This document shows, piece by piece, positions 1-7,597 of a stretch of 64,000 nt of DNA. This stretch comes from a virus (lineage: Duplodnaviria; Caudoviricetes). Within the stretch, counting starts at the first letter, position 1. Every line of letters starts with the position of its first letter. A model generated the notes under the pieces. That model had not been told where the DNA came from, did no database searches, and saw nothing but the letters and a program-made list of their open reading frames with translations. The DNA lies in the IMG/VR virus record IMGVR_UViG_3300046469_000011, positions 27,878-91,877 of that record. One strand, written 5' to 3'. Position numbers and translations under genes: made by a program.

Positions 1-217
1 CATCGGGTTGCTCGACCTGCATCATCGGCGCATCGTTCCCCAGAAGAACAATTGCGCCAGGAGGCTTGGCTGTCTCATCCCCATCCGCCACGGGGATATA
101 GCCCAGCGCCTCGTTTTTCAAATCGCCCGACTGAACCTGCGACTGAGCAGGCTGGGAGGGTGCTTCGACCTGCTGAGCCTGGGAATCCGGCGTGGGAGTT
201 GGATCTTCAACTGCCAT
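1..217 (-). CDS. Hypothetical Pro/Gln-rich acidic protein, partial (runs off window start)
   Basis: Translated by hand: AGGAG RBS, then ATG at 217, MAVEDPTPTPDSQAQQVEAPSQPAQ..., open to position 1; not in the ORF track. Confidence 0.7.
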   Translation of the reverse strand, partial: MAVEDPTPTPDSQAQQVEAPSQPAQSQVQSGDLKNEALGYIPVADGDETAKPPGAIVLLGNDAPMMQVEQPD

Positions 218-280
218 TTTTCTCCTATCTGAGAATTTTCTCGGTGGCCCGCGATTTTTCTACAGACCACCGAGAGGATT

Positions 281-691
281 TCACGGAACTGCGAAGTACG
301 GAACTTCGCTTTCGAATGGAAGCCCCATAGTCGCGCCCATCTGACCAGCGCCACCCATTCCGATGCTCGGGGTGCGACGACGCTCGCGGTAGAAGGCGTA
401 CTCGGGGTTGGTGATGTGGACGGCCCCGCGACCGCGAAGGCCACCGGGGAACTGAGAGCCACCTGCACCACCTAGCTCGTCCTGGGAGAGACGTGGAGCC
501 ACGTAGAGCAGATTCGTGCCCGGAATCGGCGTACCGATCTGAGGCAGAGGGGAGGTCCCCAACGTGCCCGGAGCCGAAAGGCCCTTGGCCGAGAAAACGC
601 GAATGTTGTTGGTTTCGCTGCCAGGCCGTTGGGCCACAATTTGACCAGTGGCCCAAGGCATTCCCCGGCGAGTTGCATCTCTTACTGCCAT
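281..691 (-). CDS. Hypothetical Gly/Pro-rich protein
   Basis: AGGAGG RBS 6 nt before ATG; co-directional with neighbours. Confidence 0.75.
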   Translation of the reverse strand: MAVRDATRRGMPWATGQIVAQRPGSETNNIRVFSAKGLSAPGTLGTSPLPQIGTPIPGTNLLYVAPRLSQDELGGAGGSQFPGGLRGRGAVHITNPEYAFYRERRRTPSIGMGGAGQMGATMGLPFESEVPYFAVP

Positions 692-708
692 GCTTTTCCT
701 CCTGTTGA

Positions 709-1080
709 TTATCCAGACCCGCCGTTGGCCTGGGCCGATTGAATAGTCTGTTGCCGGAGCTTCTCATTACGAGAATTCCAAGGCTCAAACCCAGCACCGG
801 GAATTTCTCCCTGATACTGAATTCCTGGCTGCTTGGGGCCATTTGGTGTCGTCCCAAGATTTCCGGTGTCAGCGTGCATGTCCCGAGGGATGGGGTATAC
901 ATAGCGGGGCTGTCCCGGTTTCCCGTCTCTGGTGTATTTGTCAGAGCCATAGGGAGCCTGGGCCAGATTAGCGTTGGTCGTTGGCAGGTTCGTCAACGGC
1001 GAGACGCCAGGAAAATCCCGCTGACCGGGGCTGGTGGGGTGTCCCCGATACTGAGCTACCTGAGAAGGGCTAAGCGCCAT
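709..1080 (-). CDS. Hypothetical Pro/Gly/Gln-rich, probably disordered protein
   Basis: 123-aa ORF tiling between neighbours on the operon strand. Confidence 0.7.
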   Translation of the reverse strand: MALSPSQVAQYRGHPTSPGQRDFPGVSPLTNLPTTNANLAQAPYGSDKYTRDGKPGQPRYVYPIPRDMHADTGNLGTTPNGPKQPGIQYQGEIPGAGFEPWNSRNEKLRQQTIQSAQANGGSG

Positions 1081-1103
1081 AAAAAATCACCGTAAGCCTA
1101 AGT

Positions 1104-1430
1104 CTACCGTTTCCGTCCCGCGCGTCCGCGAGATGATGAAGAAGCTCGGCCACGACCACCTTTCGCGGAAATCCCACGGGCGGGGCCGGAGAGCGCGACG
1201 ATCTTTTGAACAGAAGCCACACCGCGACGGCTAGCTGCTCTAGACTTAGAGCCACGCCCTGCCGGTAGGGGAGTGGAGGACATCGGAGGCCCCTGACCCG
1301 GCAGAAGCGTGGCCGCTGAGACAGGATCGACCGTGTAGCTCGCCAGGGCATTGCGAGCATCACTCACGGGCGCTTTTCCCTTATGGGTTCCCTGCCGCAG
1401 ACTGGAATTCTTCGCTTTACGACTTGCCAT
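1104..1430 (-). CDS. Small basic protein (array member 15)
   Basis: MASRKAKNSS...RGRAGRKR; TGATG coupling with upstream gene. Confidence 0.75.
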   Translation of the reverse strand: MASRKAKNSSLRQGTHKGKAPVSDARNALASYTVDPVSAATLLPGQGPPMSSTPLPAGRGSKSRAASRRGVASVQKIVALSGPARGISAKGGRGRASSSSRGRAGRKR

Positions 1431-1888
1431 CAGAAAGCCTTGTCGTAGACCCTTCTAATCGGGAGAACGTGATACAGACGGGGCGGATGCGGATTCAGAG
1501 CGCGAGGACGATGAATTTCCGTTCCGGTACGGCTCTTGACCGACCTGTTGACTGAATTCGCCTTTGGGGCGCTACGGCCAGCACGAATCACCGTGTTCCC
1601 GGCCCGAGTGGGCTGGCGAGCCTTCATCGTGGCCGGAGCCTGGCCGGATTTCGGATTGGATTTCGCTGCGCGGCCCTTGTGGGTATAGCGCTTCAATTCC
1701 TTGGTCGTGCGCTTGCCGACCACCCGCTCTTCCTTGCGCCGACGACGAGCGCGATTTCTCCGGGCACGGCGAGGTGTTTCCATCGTCGAGCGCCGAAGAT
1801 CATCACGCAGCGGCCTGACAATCAAATAATGCTCGCCAGGGAATTTATGCGTAAGCCGAGAAAGTGAATGACTGTGATGACGTGCCAT
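1430..1888 (-). CDS. Small basic Arg-rich protein (array member 14)
   Basis: MARHHSH...RRARRNRARRRRK; TAATG/TGATG coupling at both ends. Confidence 0.8.
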   Translation of the reverse strand: MARHHSHSLSRLTHKFPGEHYLIVRPLRDDLRRSTMETPRRARRNRARRRRKEERVVGKRTTKELKRYTHKGRAAKSNPKSGQAPATMKARQPTRAGNTVIRAGRSAPKANSVNRSVKSRTGTEIHRPRALNPHPPRLYHVLPIRRVYDKAF

Positions 1889-2046
1889 TATCGAGTGCCT
1901 TTCGGCTTGGTTTCTTTCGGGCCAAGACCAGGGCGCTTGTGCTTCATGGAAGTCGGAAGCCTGTCTGGATTGGTTTTTTTACGAGCAGTCAGAAGAGATC
2001 CGGGATCTCCATGCTTCACGGCAGGAATTATCGTTACGCGGGCCAT
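1888..2046 (-). CDS. Small basic protein, 52 aa (array member 13)
   Basis: Translated by hand: MARVTIIPAVKHGDPGSLLTARKKTNPDRLPTSMKHKRPGLGPKETKPKGTR; fills the gap exactly, TAATG overlaps on both sides; below ORF-track cutoff. Confidence 0.8.
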   Translation of the reverse strand: MARVTIIPAVKHGDPGSLLTARKKTNPDRLPTSMKHKRPGLGPKETKPKGTR

Positions 2047-2354
2047 TACCAATGCCGAGGATGCACAGTTTTATAGAATTCCAGCGTACTCAACGACATC
2101 CTTCCACCGGGAAGCCGCTTCCGCTCAGGCATCGTGACCTTCGTGCTGCCCTTATAGACCCGATGGCCCTTCCTGGACACCTTGAACCCCAAGGGCGACA
2201 GAGACTTGTGAAGCTGGTGGGGACTGATCCCTTGCCGACGTGCCTTCCTCACTATCGCTGAATGCTGAGGAACAGTCGGCCTCATCGCCTTGGCCGCTGG
2301 TGGAAAGCGATGAATGCTCGTCGAGCGTCCTTGCTTACGCTTGACCATCGCCAT
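2046..2354 (-). CDS. Small basic protein (array member 12)
   Basis: MAMVKRKQGR...; TAATG coupling on both sides. Confidence 0.8.
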   Translation of the reverse strand: MAMVKRKQGRSTSIHRFPPAAKAMRPTVPQHSAIVRKARRQGISPHQLHKSLSPLGFKVSRKGHRVYKGSTKVTMPERKRLPGGRMSLSTLEFYKTVHPRHW

Positions 2355-2572
2355 TAGATTTTCCTCAACCTCGGCTTATCCCGCACCGGAGCGCGTCCCT
2401 TATGGGCACCAAGCTTCAGGTGATGACTCGTAGCACCACCCAGGCCATGATGAGTCCTGGCTGGAAATCCACGGCTGGACATAACCCGCAGATCATTGAT
2501 CTTGGGTTTCATGCTGTACGCCTGAATCTGAGCGCGTCGCCTCGATCCAAGCCCTCTACGACCAATTCGCAT
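2354..2572 (-). CDS. Small basic protein (array member 11)
   Basis: MRIGRRGLGSRRR...HKGRAPVRDKPRLRKI. Confidence 0.75.
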   Translation of the reverse strand: MRIGRRGLGSRRRAQIQAYSMKPKINDLRVMSSRGFPARTHHGLGGATSHHLKLGAHKGRAPVRDKPRLRKI

Positions 2573-2577
2573 TCAGA

Positions 2578-2766
2578 TCACCCGGCAGGCCAGTGTGGCT
2601 CCGGCCCATGCGGGGTCGGAGAAATTGACGAAAGTGCAGCAGCGGTCAGTCGTGCATCGCCGCGAATACCCGTGCAGCGAATTCCGCCCGGATGATTCAC
2701 CACGACGCCCTTGCCCTGTCCGCGCCGCTTACCGCGACCGCGCTTTGCTGATTTTCTACGTGCCAT
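2578..2766 (-). CDS. Small basic protein (array member 10)
   Basis: MARRKSAKRGRGKRRG...; AGGAG RBS. Confidence 0.75.
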   Translation of the reverse strand: MARRKSAKRGRGKRRGQGKGVVVNHPGGIRCTGIRGDARLTAAALSSISPTPHGPEPHWPAG

Positions 2767-2774
2767 TTCTTCTC

Positions 2775-2939
2775 CTAGATTTTGAATCCTCTACGCCTCA
2801 TGTCTGCCCTTGTAGAAGGGTGGAGCTTCGGCGCAGCACCTAGTTTTTTCCAATCCCCAGAAGTCATGCGAACGCCTAAAGATTGAGTTGGATTTGTCCT
2901 CATATGGTGAGGACTCGGGACTGTCGCATGTCTAGCCAT
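2775..2939 (-). CDS. Small basic protein, 54 aa (array member 9)
   Basis: Translated by hand: MARHATVPSPHHMRTNPTQSLGVRMTSGDWKKLGAAPKLHPSTRADMRRRGFKI; 8-nt overlap with upstream gene; shares PTQSLGV with 3240..3437. Confidence 0.75.
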   Translation of the reverse strand: MARHATVPSPHHMRTNPTQSLGVRMTSGDWKKLGAAPKLHPSTRADMRRRGFKI

Positions 2940-3240
2940 TGATTTTTGATTTCAGAGAGCGGGCCTTGCGACCAATTTTGGTCTGCCCGCGACGCTTGAT
3001 TTTCGTCTTGGTCGGCTTCCACTCTTTCGGGTGATAAGTCTTTGTGACGGCATCAACCGCGCTACGGCGGGTGGGGAATGTGCCGACCATTTTGTAGCCG
3101 CCGTTGATGCGCTTGAAAGCATGGTGGACCTTGGGACCAGGAGATTCCACGCGACCAATTTCGTGTCCGCGCAGGTGAACCTCATGCGGGCCATAGCCGC
3201 CGTGAGTGAAAACCGTTGCTCCGCCATGCTTAGAAGCCAT
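2932..3240 (-). CDS. Small basic His/Lys-rich protein (array member 8)
   Basis: MASKHGG...; TGATG coupling. Confidence 0.8.
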   Translation of the reverse strand: MASKHGGATVFTHGGYGPHEVHLRGHEIGRVESPGPKVHHAFKRINGGYKMVGTFPTRRSAVDAVTKTYHPKEWKPTKTKIKRRGQTKIGRKARSLKSKING

Positions 3241-3437
3241 CAGACACCAAGAGATTGCGTTGGATGAGTGCGCTTCCGCGTCCGGGGCTTTCTGAATTTC
3301 CCCGCTGCGTGATCATCGTGGAATTTCAAGATGGGATCTACTCCATCGCTGATCTTGCGCGTCCGGCCATAACCAGGAAGAAGACGCTTCCTTGAATTAT
3401 CACCAGTGGTATTCACAATTCGACGAGTACGTGCCAT
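3240..3437 (-). CDS. Small basic protein (array member 7)
   Basis: MARTRR...RKPRTRKRTHPTQSLGV; TGATG coupling on both sides. Confidence 0.8.
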   Translation of the reverse strand: MARTRRIVNTTGDNSRKRLLPGYGRTRKISDGVDPILKFHDDHAAGKFRKPRTRKRTHPTQSLGV

Positions 3438-3769
3438 CAGCGCACCTTTGACCTATGGCCCTTGGGGGGTGTATAGGCCCGCAGAGAATCGGGAACTCCC
3501 ATTTTCTTTGGGCGCGGCGTAAGCCTGGCACCCGTGCCAGCGTGGAAAGTCCCTGTATGGTCGTGGAGCGTGTGAGCGCCACGCATCGAACCGATGAACG
3601 GCTCGTGATTTGGCCGAACACCCTTCGGTCCCAAAGTTTGATTGCGAGTCTTTCGGGGAGCTTTGGGAGTGGGAATTCCTTTACCCTTGCTTCCAGTCTT
3701 CACTGATGCGCCTATGCGAAGGCTCTGTTTCTTATTACGGCGACGAAGCTGACGATTAGTAAGGGCCAT
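3437..3769 (-). CDS. Small basic protein (array member 6)
   Basis: MALTNRQLRRRNKK...; TGATG coupling on both sides. Confidence 0.8.
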   Translation of the reverse strand: MALTNRQLRRRNKKQSLRIGASVKTGSKGKGIPTPKAPRKTRNQTLGPKGVRPNHEPFIGSMRGAHTLHDHTGTFHAGTGARLTPRPKKMGVPDSLRAYTPPKGHRSKVR

Positions 3770-3939
3770 CAGCGCTTTCTCCTTCTCCGGCGAGAACGAA
3801 TCGGTGAAATCACAACTTCGTTCCCTTGAGCGCCAAAGGAATGAACCGTGTTGATCTCGGGAGCGACCTTATTCGAGACGGTGTAAATATGAGGACGAAC
3901 GCCCATTGAGTCAGTGAGATGTCTACGCTTACCGTGCAT
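3769..3939 (-). CDS. Small basic protein, 56 aa (array member 5)
   Basis: Translated by hand: MHGKRRHLTDSMGVRPHIYTVSNKVAPEINTVHSFGAQGNEVVISPIRSRRRRRKR; fills the gap exactly with TGATG overlaps. Confidence 0.8.
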   Translation of the reverse strand: MHGKRRHLTDSMGVRPHIYTVSNKVAPEINTVHSFGAQGNEVVISPIRSRRRRRKR

Positions 3940-4325
3940 CACATTTTCTTCGACCTTCTGCCACCGCGAGGACGAAAGCCCGTCTTCTTGCGGTTGCGAG
4001 GGGATTCTCCTGGCTTGGACTGATCGACCCGAATAACCGCTTTGGGCTTGCGAGAAATTATGTGTTCCTCGGGGCCAAGACCGGGGCGCTGAGCGTGATC
4101 GTGAGCCGGAGGACGGTCAATATTTGATCCGCCTGTCGGCTTGGCAACGCCCTTGATGCCCCGCATGACGTTTTTCTGCTTGCGCGAAGTGCGCCAAGTG
4201 CCCGGAGAAGGACGGCGAGGACCGCCATATGGCTCCTTGGGAGTCGAACCAGGGATGTTCCGACCCGCATTCCCCTTCAAGCCGGGAACGCGAGGACCCT
4301 TCGCCTGGGATTTCCGCCGTGCCAT
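3939..4325 (-). CDS. Small basic Pro/Gly/Arg-rich protein (array member 4)
   Basis: MARRKSQAKGPR...RPRGGRRSKKM; start abuts the upstream stop. Confidence 0.8.
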   Translation of the reverse strand: MARRKSQAKGPRVPGLKGNAGRNIPGSTPKEPYGGPRRPSPGTWRTSRKQKNVMRGIKGVAKPTGGSNIDRPPAHDHAQRPGLGPEEHIISRKPKAVIRVDQSKPGESPRNRKKTGFRPRGGRRSKKM

Positions 4326-4556
4326 CTACTTCTTCTTTCGGGCAGGAGATTTTTTGGCCGCAGCCGAGTCCTTGCGGCGAGCCGCGTGCTTGGAAAAAGC
4401 ATGGGCCTGCTTGTCGGTCATTCCCTTACGCTTCAATTTGTTGTAGATCGTCTTCTGGGAATCCGACATGGAAACCCCGGCAGAGGGCTTTTTCGCTGTC
4501 GCCGGGGAGGAATTCTTGGCCTTGCGAGCCGTAGATTTGGGTTTGCGTGTGGTCAT
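4326..4556 (-). CDS. Small Lys/Ala-rich histone-H1-like protein (array member 3)
   Basis: MTTRKPKSTARKAK...AAAKKSPARKKK with a short helical core YNKLKRKGMTDKQAHAFS. Confidence 0.8.
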   Translation of the reverse strand: MTTRKPKSTARKAKNSSPATAKKPSAGVSMSDSQKTIYNKLKRKGMTDKQAHAFSKHAARRKDSAAAKKSPARKKK

Positions 4557-4574
4557 ATCCCTTGTAGAATCCGG

Positions 4575-4619
4575 TCCCGACCCCGGAGGGGAGTCGCCAA
4601 ACTACCTCCGAGGCCGGGA
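4575..4619 (-). terminator. Strong intergenic hairpin (terminator or processing/stability element)
   Basis: 15-bp stem TCCCGGCCTCGGAGG/CCTCCGGGGTCGGGA with G-U pairs on the - strand; no U tail. Confidence 0.5.
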
Positions 4620-4640
4620 ATCCGAACTCTTCATCCGCTC

Positions 4641-4844
4641 CTAGAGAGCGTCCGCGCGACGGCGGCCACGACGATGCCCGCCATGACGACGCCGACCCAG
4701 GCCGGGGTGACGGCGGACGTGGGCACGAACCCGCGTCCGGCGACCCGTGGCCGTGATCCGGGTATGCGACCGCACCCGATGATGCGTGGGATGCGGATGC
4801 CGCCCGTGACGACGACGGCGGTGTCCAACACGACGACGAGCCAT
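4641..4844 (-). CDS. Protamine-like Arg/His-rich protein (array member 2)
   Basis: AAGGAGG RBS; 67 aa with 25 Arg, 11 His and 1 acidic residue (counted). Confidence 0.85.
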   Translation of the reverse strand: MARRRVGHRRRRHGRHPHPTHHRVRSHTRITATGRRTRVRAHVRRHPGLGRRRHGGHRRGRRRADAL

Positions 4845-4880
4845 GTGTGGATCATCCTCCTTGGTTGTTTGCAATTCCGT

Positions 4881-5204
4881 TCATCGCCTACGGGGATTCC
4901 TCCGGCGATGCGCCCTCACCCGGACCCTCCTGCCAGTAGACGTGATGCGCGTGTGCCCGGAGACACGGTGCGTACCCCGCTTCGAGGCAGAACGGCGGCG
5001 GGTGGACGTAGACCTGGACCGACTCGAACTACCCAGAGGCTTCCATCCTCGACGCGCCATGCGGGCAAAATTCGCTTGGGCACGGGTTCGGGGATTTTTG
5101 CTCCGAAGACCCTGCGAAACCGAAATGCCCTTTCTGGTGAAAGCGCCTCGGTGAGCCGGGTTTATGTTGATGCCTGATCGAGATCTGCGTCTGCGACGAG
5201 CCAT
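4881..5204 (-). CDS. Protamine-like Arg/Ser-rich protein (array member 1)
   Basis: MARRRRRSRS...; 107 aa with no Asp or Glu; shares the HRVxxHTRITxTGRRxRVRAHxRR motif with the next gene. Confidence 0.85.
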   Translation of the reverse strand: MARRRRRSRSGININPAHRGAFTRKGISVSQGLRSKNPRTRAQANFARMARRGWKPLGSSSRSRSTSTRRRSASKRGTHRVSGHTRITSTGRRVRVRAHRRRNPRRR

Positions 5205-5264
5205 TCGGTTCCCGTGGGATTTGAACGGATGTCAGGCCGCTTTTGCTGACCCCTTACACGGATA

Positions 5265-5291
5265 ACTATAGCCGTTTTGGGCAGATGTCAA
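5265..5291 (-). promoter_or_regulatory. Candidate sigma70-type promoter for the basic-protein array
   Basis: TTGACA (5291-5286), 15-nt spacer (short), TATAGT (5270-5265). Confidence 0.45.
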
Positions 5292-5334
5292 GCACTTCTG
5301 TAGGCGGCTCTGTAGACGGCCCACTTTTGCGGCT

Positions 5335-5748
5335 CTAGTCTTCGTCTCGCAAAAGCCCAGGAAGCCTGGATCTACGGCGTTTTTGCTCACCCTTGGTGGG
5401 TACGATGTAGCGGCTCTGCTCCGACTCCAAAATTCGCACGAAATCTGAGGCTCTACAGACCACTACTGTCTCGGTCCCACCATCCAGGGCTATAGCTATA
5501 GCGGGTATGGAATTATCACCATTCTCGCGTATTGCATTATCAGCCTCACGTAGCAATTCTTTAGATATTGAATGGCTCTCTTTCTCCGTCCACTTGCAGG
5601 AGAAGGTGAAGGTGCCATCGCCTACGTCAAGCTTGGCGTACCAGACGTTCCCAGAGCCTTTCTGCGGCTCTACACCGAACAGAGCGGCCCAGAACCGCTC
5701 GAACCTGCGCCCTGATTTTTGCGGGGACTCTCCGGGGCGCTTTCGCAT
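5335..5748 (-). CDS. PD-(D/E)XK nuclease / Holliday junction resolvase-like protein
   Basis: GRRFER...GSGN...KLDV...FSCKWT...IPAIAI pattern of phage resolvase-like proteins. Confidence 0.55.
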   Translation of the reverse strand: MRKRPGESPQKSGRRFERFWAALFGVEPQKGSGNVWYAKLDVGDGTFTFSCKWTEKESHSISKELLREADNAIRENGDNSIPAIAIALDGGTETVVVCRASDFVRILESEQSRYIVPTKGEQKRRRSRLPGLLRDED

Positions 5749-5760
5749 TCTAGGATCATA

Positions 5761-7593
5761 TCATGGTTGGGGAACTTTGCCTGAAGTCCAGCCGCCAGCC
5801 GGTGCAGCAACAAATTTTGAATTGGCTATAGATGCGGCGAAAGCAGATTGCGAAGCGGATGAGCTTTCAATAGCGAAGGTGTCAGTGGCCCCCGAGCCGT
5901 CCGTGTAGGAACCATTGTTGTTGTTGTACCAAAGAGCCGCTTTGATCTGCGGGAAAGTCTTATTAGCGATTTGAGCAAAAGTATCGGTAATCCATGAAGC
6001 CTTCCCGCTAGACCCATACGAATCTTCACTGGCAAACTCGCAAATCACAATTGGCTTATTGGGCGAGAGAGACGCAAATCCGTTCATCGAATGGGTATAG
6101 AGATTGACGAACGACTCGCTGGTGGACCCGGTGTTGTAGCCATCGATCCCCAGCCAATCCACATAAGCATCGCCTGGATACCAGGGGGTCGGATCAACCG
6201 ACACGGTGCCTGAGCCAGTCCAAATATTAGGACACCAGACCCAGGTGATATTTGTCGCTCCTTGAGCATCACAGCGACTCTTGAATCTTTGCCACGCCGC
6301 CACATATTGTGCTGCCGTGGTGCCGTACTCTGTTTGCCACGTATATCCCGAGGACGTGCCCCAATTTCCGTTCATTTCCCAGCACCAACGGAACATGAAT
6401 GGCTTGCCCCAGGAGGCAACCTGTTGCGCCCAGGCATCAATTTGAGAATCCCAGGAACCAGCGGCAATCGAGGCCATAGTCGCGCCTCCCTCCAAGCCGC
6501 TCGTCATCAAGCAAAAAGCGCCCCGAGAAAAGGCATGATCCATTGGAGAGCTACTCCACGTCACAAAATTTTCATGAACGGCGATAGCTGCGACTCTCTT
6601 GCCTGCGTGCGACTCGAACAAATTCCAAGTAGCATCATCTGGTGTTCCGGGCCAAGGCGGATTTGCATACCCAGCATTTGTGCCGCCGTAGACAGACCCG
6701 AGAATGCTGGCACCCCAATAAATGCGCGTAGTGGCGACAAGGCTCGTATCGGTTGCCGCATCGTGAACAGACACGCTATCCGAGGCAGATAGATGATAAA
6801 TCCTAATTCCGCCCGAGAACGCGACTGAATCAAAAACAGAAACCCGGTCGGAAGCGGACATGGAGAAACTGTTGATTCCTCCCGATCCAGTTCTTGTGAC
6901 TGAATCGAAAACTGACACCGAATCCAACGCGCCAACGAAAGAACTACCTGTTCCGCCGCCAGTAGTGCCGCCACCCGTCCCACCTGTGCCTCCCGAACCA
7001 CCCCCGGTGCCTCCTGGACCGCCCTCAATGCCTCCACCTGACGTGGGGCCTCCGGTAACGCTGGTGCCCACACCCTGGCCGCTCTGCCAAAGCTTCTCTC
7101 CGTATACACCATCTTCTAGGCCCCACTGACCGTAGGCCGGTGGCTTAGAGGTGTAACGCGGCCAAAGCTGGCCGTAGGGGACCAGCAAAGTGGGATCAAA
7201 AATAAACGGAGATCCCCAGCCGATGGGCCAGAGTTGCCCGTAGCGGGCATTCGAGACAGCTACATCGATTCCAAGCTGGAAAAGCTTGGCTGTTGAAAAT
7301 TCTGCGCCAGCGACATCAATGCCGAATTGAAAAACAAAGGCGCGAGAAAGCCCTGTTGACGAACCAGCATCACCGAACGGAATTGAATCGTATGCAGCAA
7401 AGAATACGGGTCCAGGCTGAGCGGAATCGGAAATTGCAAGATCATCGCTTGCATAAAGGTGCGCTGCAATAGCATCGTAAATTGCGATGGAATCAGCAGC
7501 CGTCCTTGAATAACTGACTGGCCCTCCGGGTGCCGAAGTTTCTCCGCCACCATAAGGAGAGCCACCATAAGGACGTGATCCGTAACCGGCCAC
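5761..7593 (-). CDS. Virion-associated protein with C-terminal glycoside hydrolase family 26 domain
   Basis: FRWCWEMNG (acid/base), YPGDAYVDWLGIDGYN, KPIVICEF (nucleophile); N-terminal SxSDSV repeats and Gly-rich linker. Confidence 0.8.
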   Translation of the reverse strand: MAGYGSRPYGGSPYGGGETSAPGGPVSYSRTAADSIAIYDAIAAHLYASDDLAISDSAQPGPVFFAAYDSIPFGDAGSSTGLSRAFVFQFGIDVAGAEFSTAKLFQLGIDVAVSNARYGQLWPIGWGSPFIFDPTLLVPYGQLWPRYTSKPPAYGQWGLEDGVYGEKLWQSGQGVGTSVTGGPTSGGGIEGGPGGTGGGSGGTGGTGGGTTGGGTGSSFVGALDSVSVFDSVTRTGSGGINSFSMSASDRVSVFDSVAFSGGIRIYHLSASDSVSVHDAATDTSLVATTRIYWGASILGSVYGGTNAGYANPPWPGTPDDATWNLFESHAGKRVAAIAVHENFVTWSSSPMDHAFSRGAFCLMTSGLEGGATMASIAAGSWDSQIDAWAQQVASWGKPFMFRWCWEMNGNWGTSSGYTWQTEYGTTAAQYVAAWQRFKSRCDAQGATNITWVWCPNIWTGSGTVSVDPTPWYPGDAYVDWLGIDGYNTGSTSESFVNLYTHSMNGFASLSPNKPIVICEFASEDSYGSSGKASWITDTFAQIANKTFPQIKAALWYNNNNGSYTDGSGATDTFAIESSSASQSAFAASIANSKFVAAPAGGWTSGKVPQP

Positions 7594-7597
7594 ACGC

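Noticed and set aside
225-950. 241-aa - strand ORF, and 118..471
   Set aside because: Overlap, in other frames, shorter ORFs that tile the operon cleanly (281..691 and 1..217 also have clear RBSs); likely shadow ORFs.
4386-5177. 263-aa + strand ORF and the alternative-frame 4631..4855
   Set aside because: Antisense or alternative frame of the Arg-rich genes; no RBS, and CGN-rich sequence suppresses stops.
1104-5204. Idea that the Arg-rich ORFs are high-GC off-frame artefacts
   Set aside because: Exact stop-start coupling, several RBSs, heavy use of Lys (AAR) and AGA codons and shared motifs argue for real genes.
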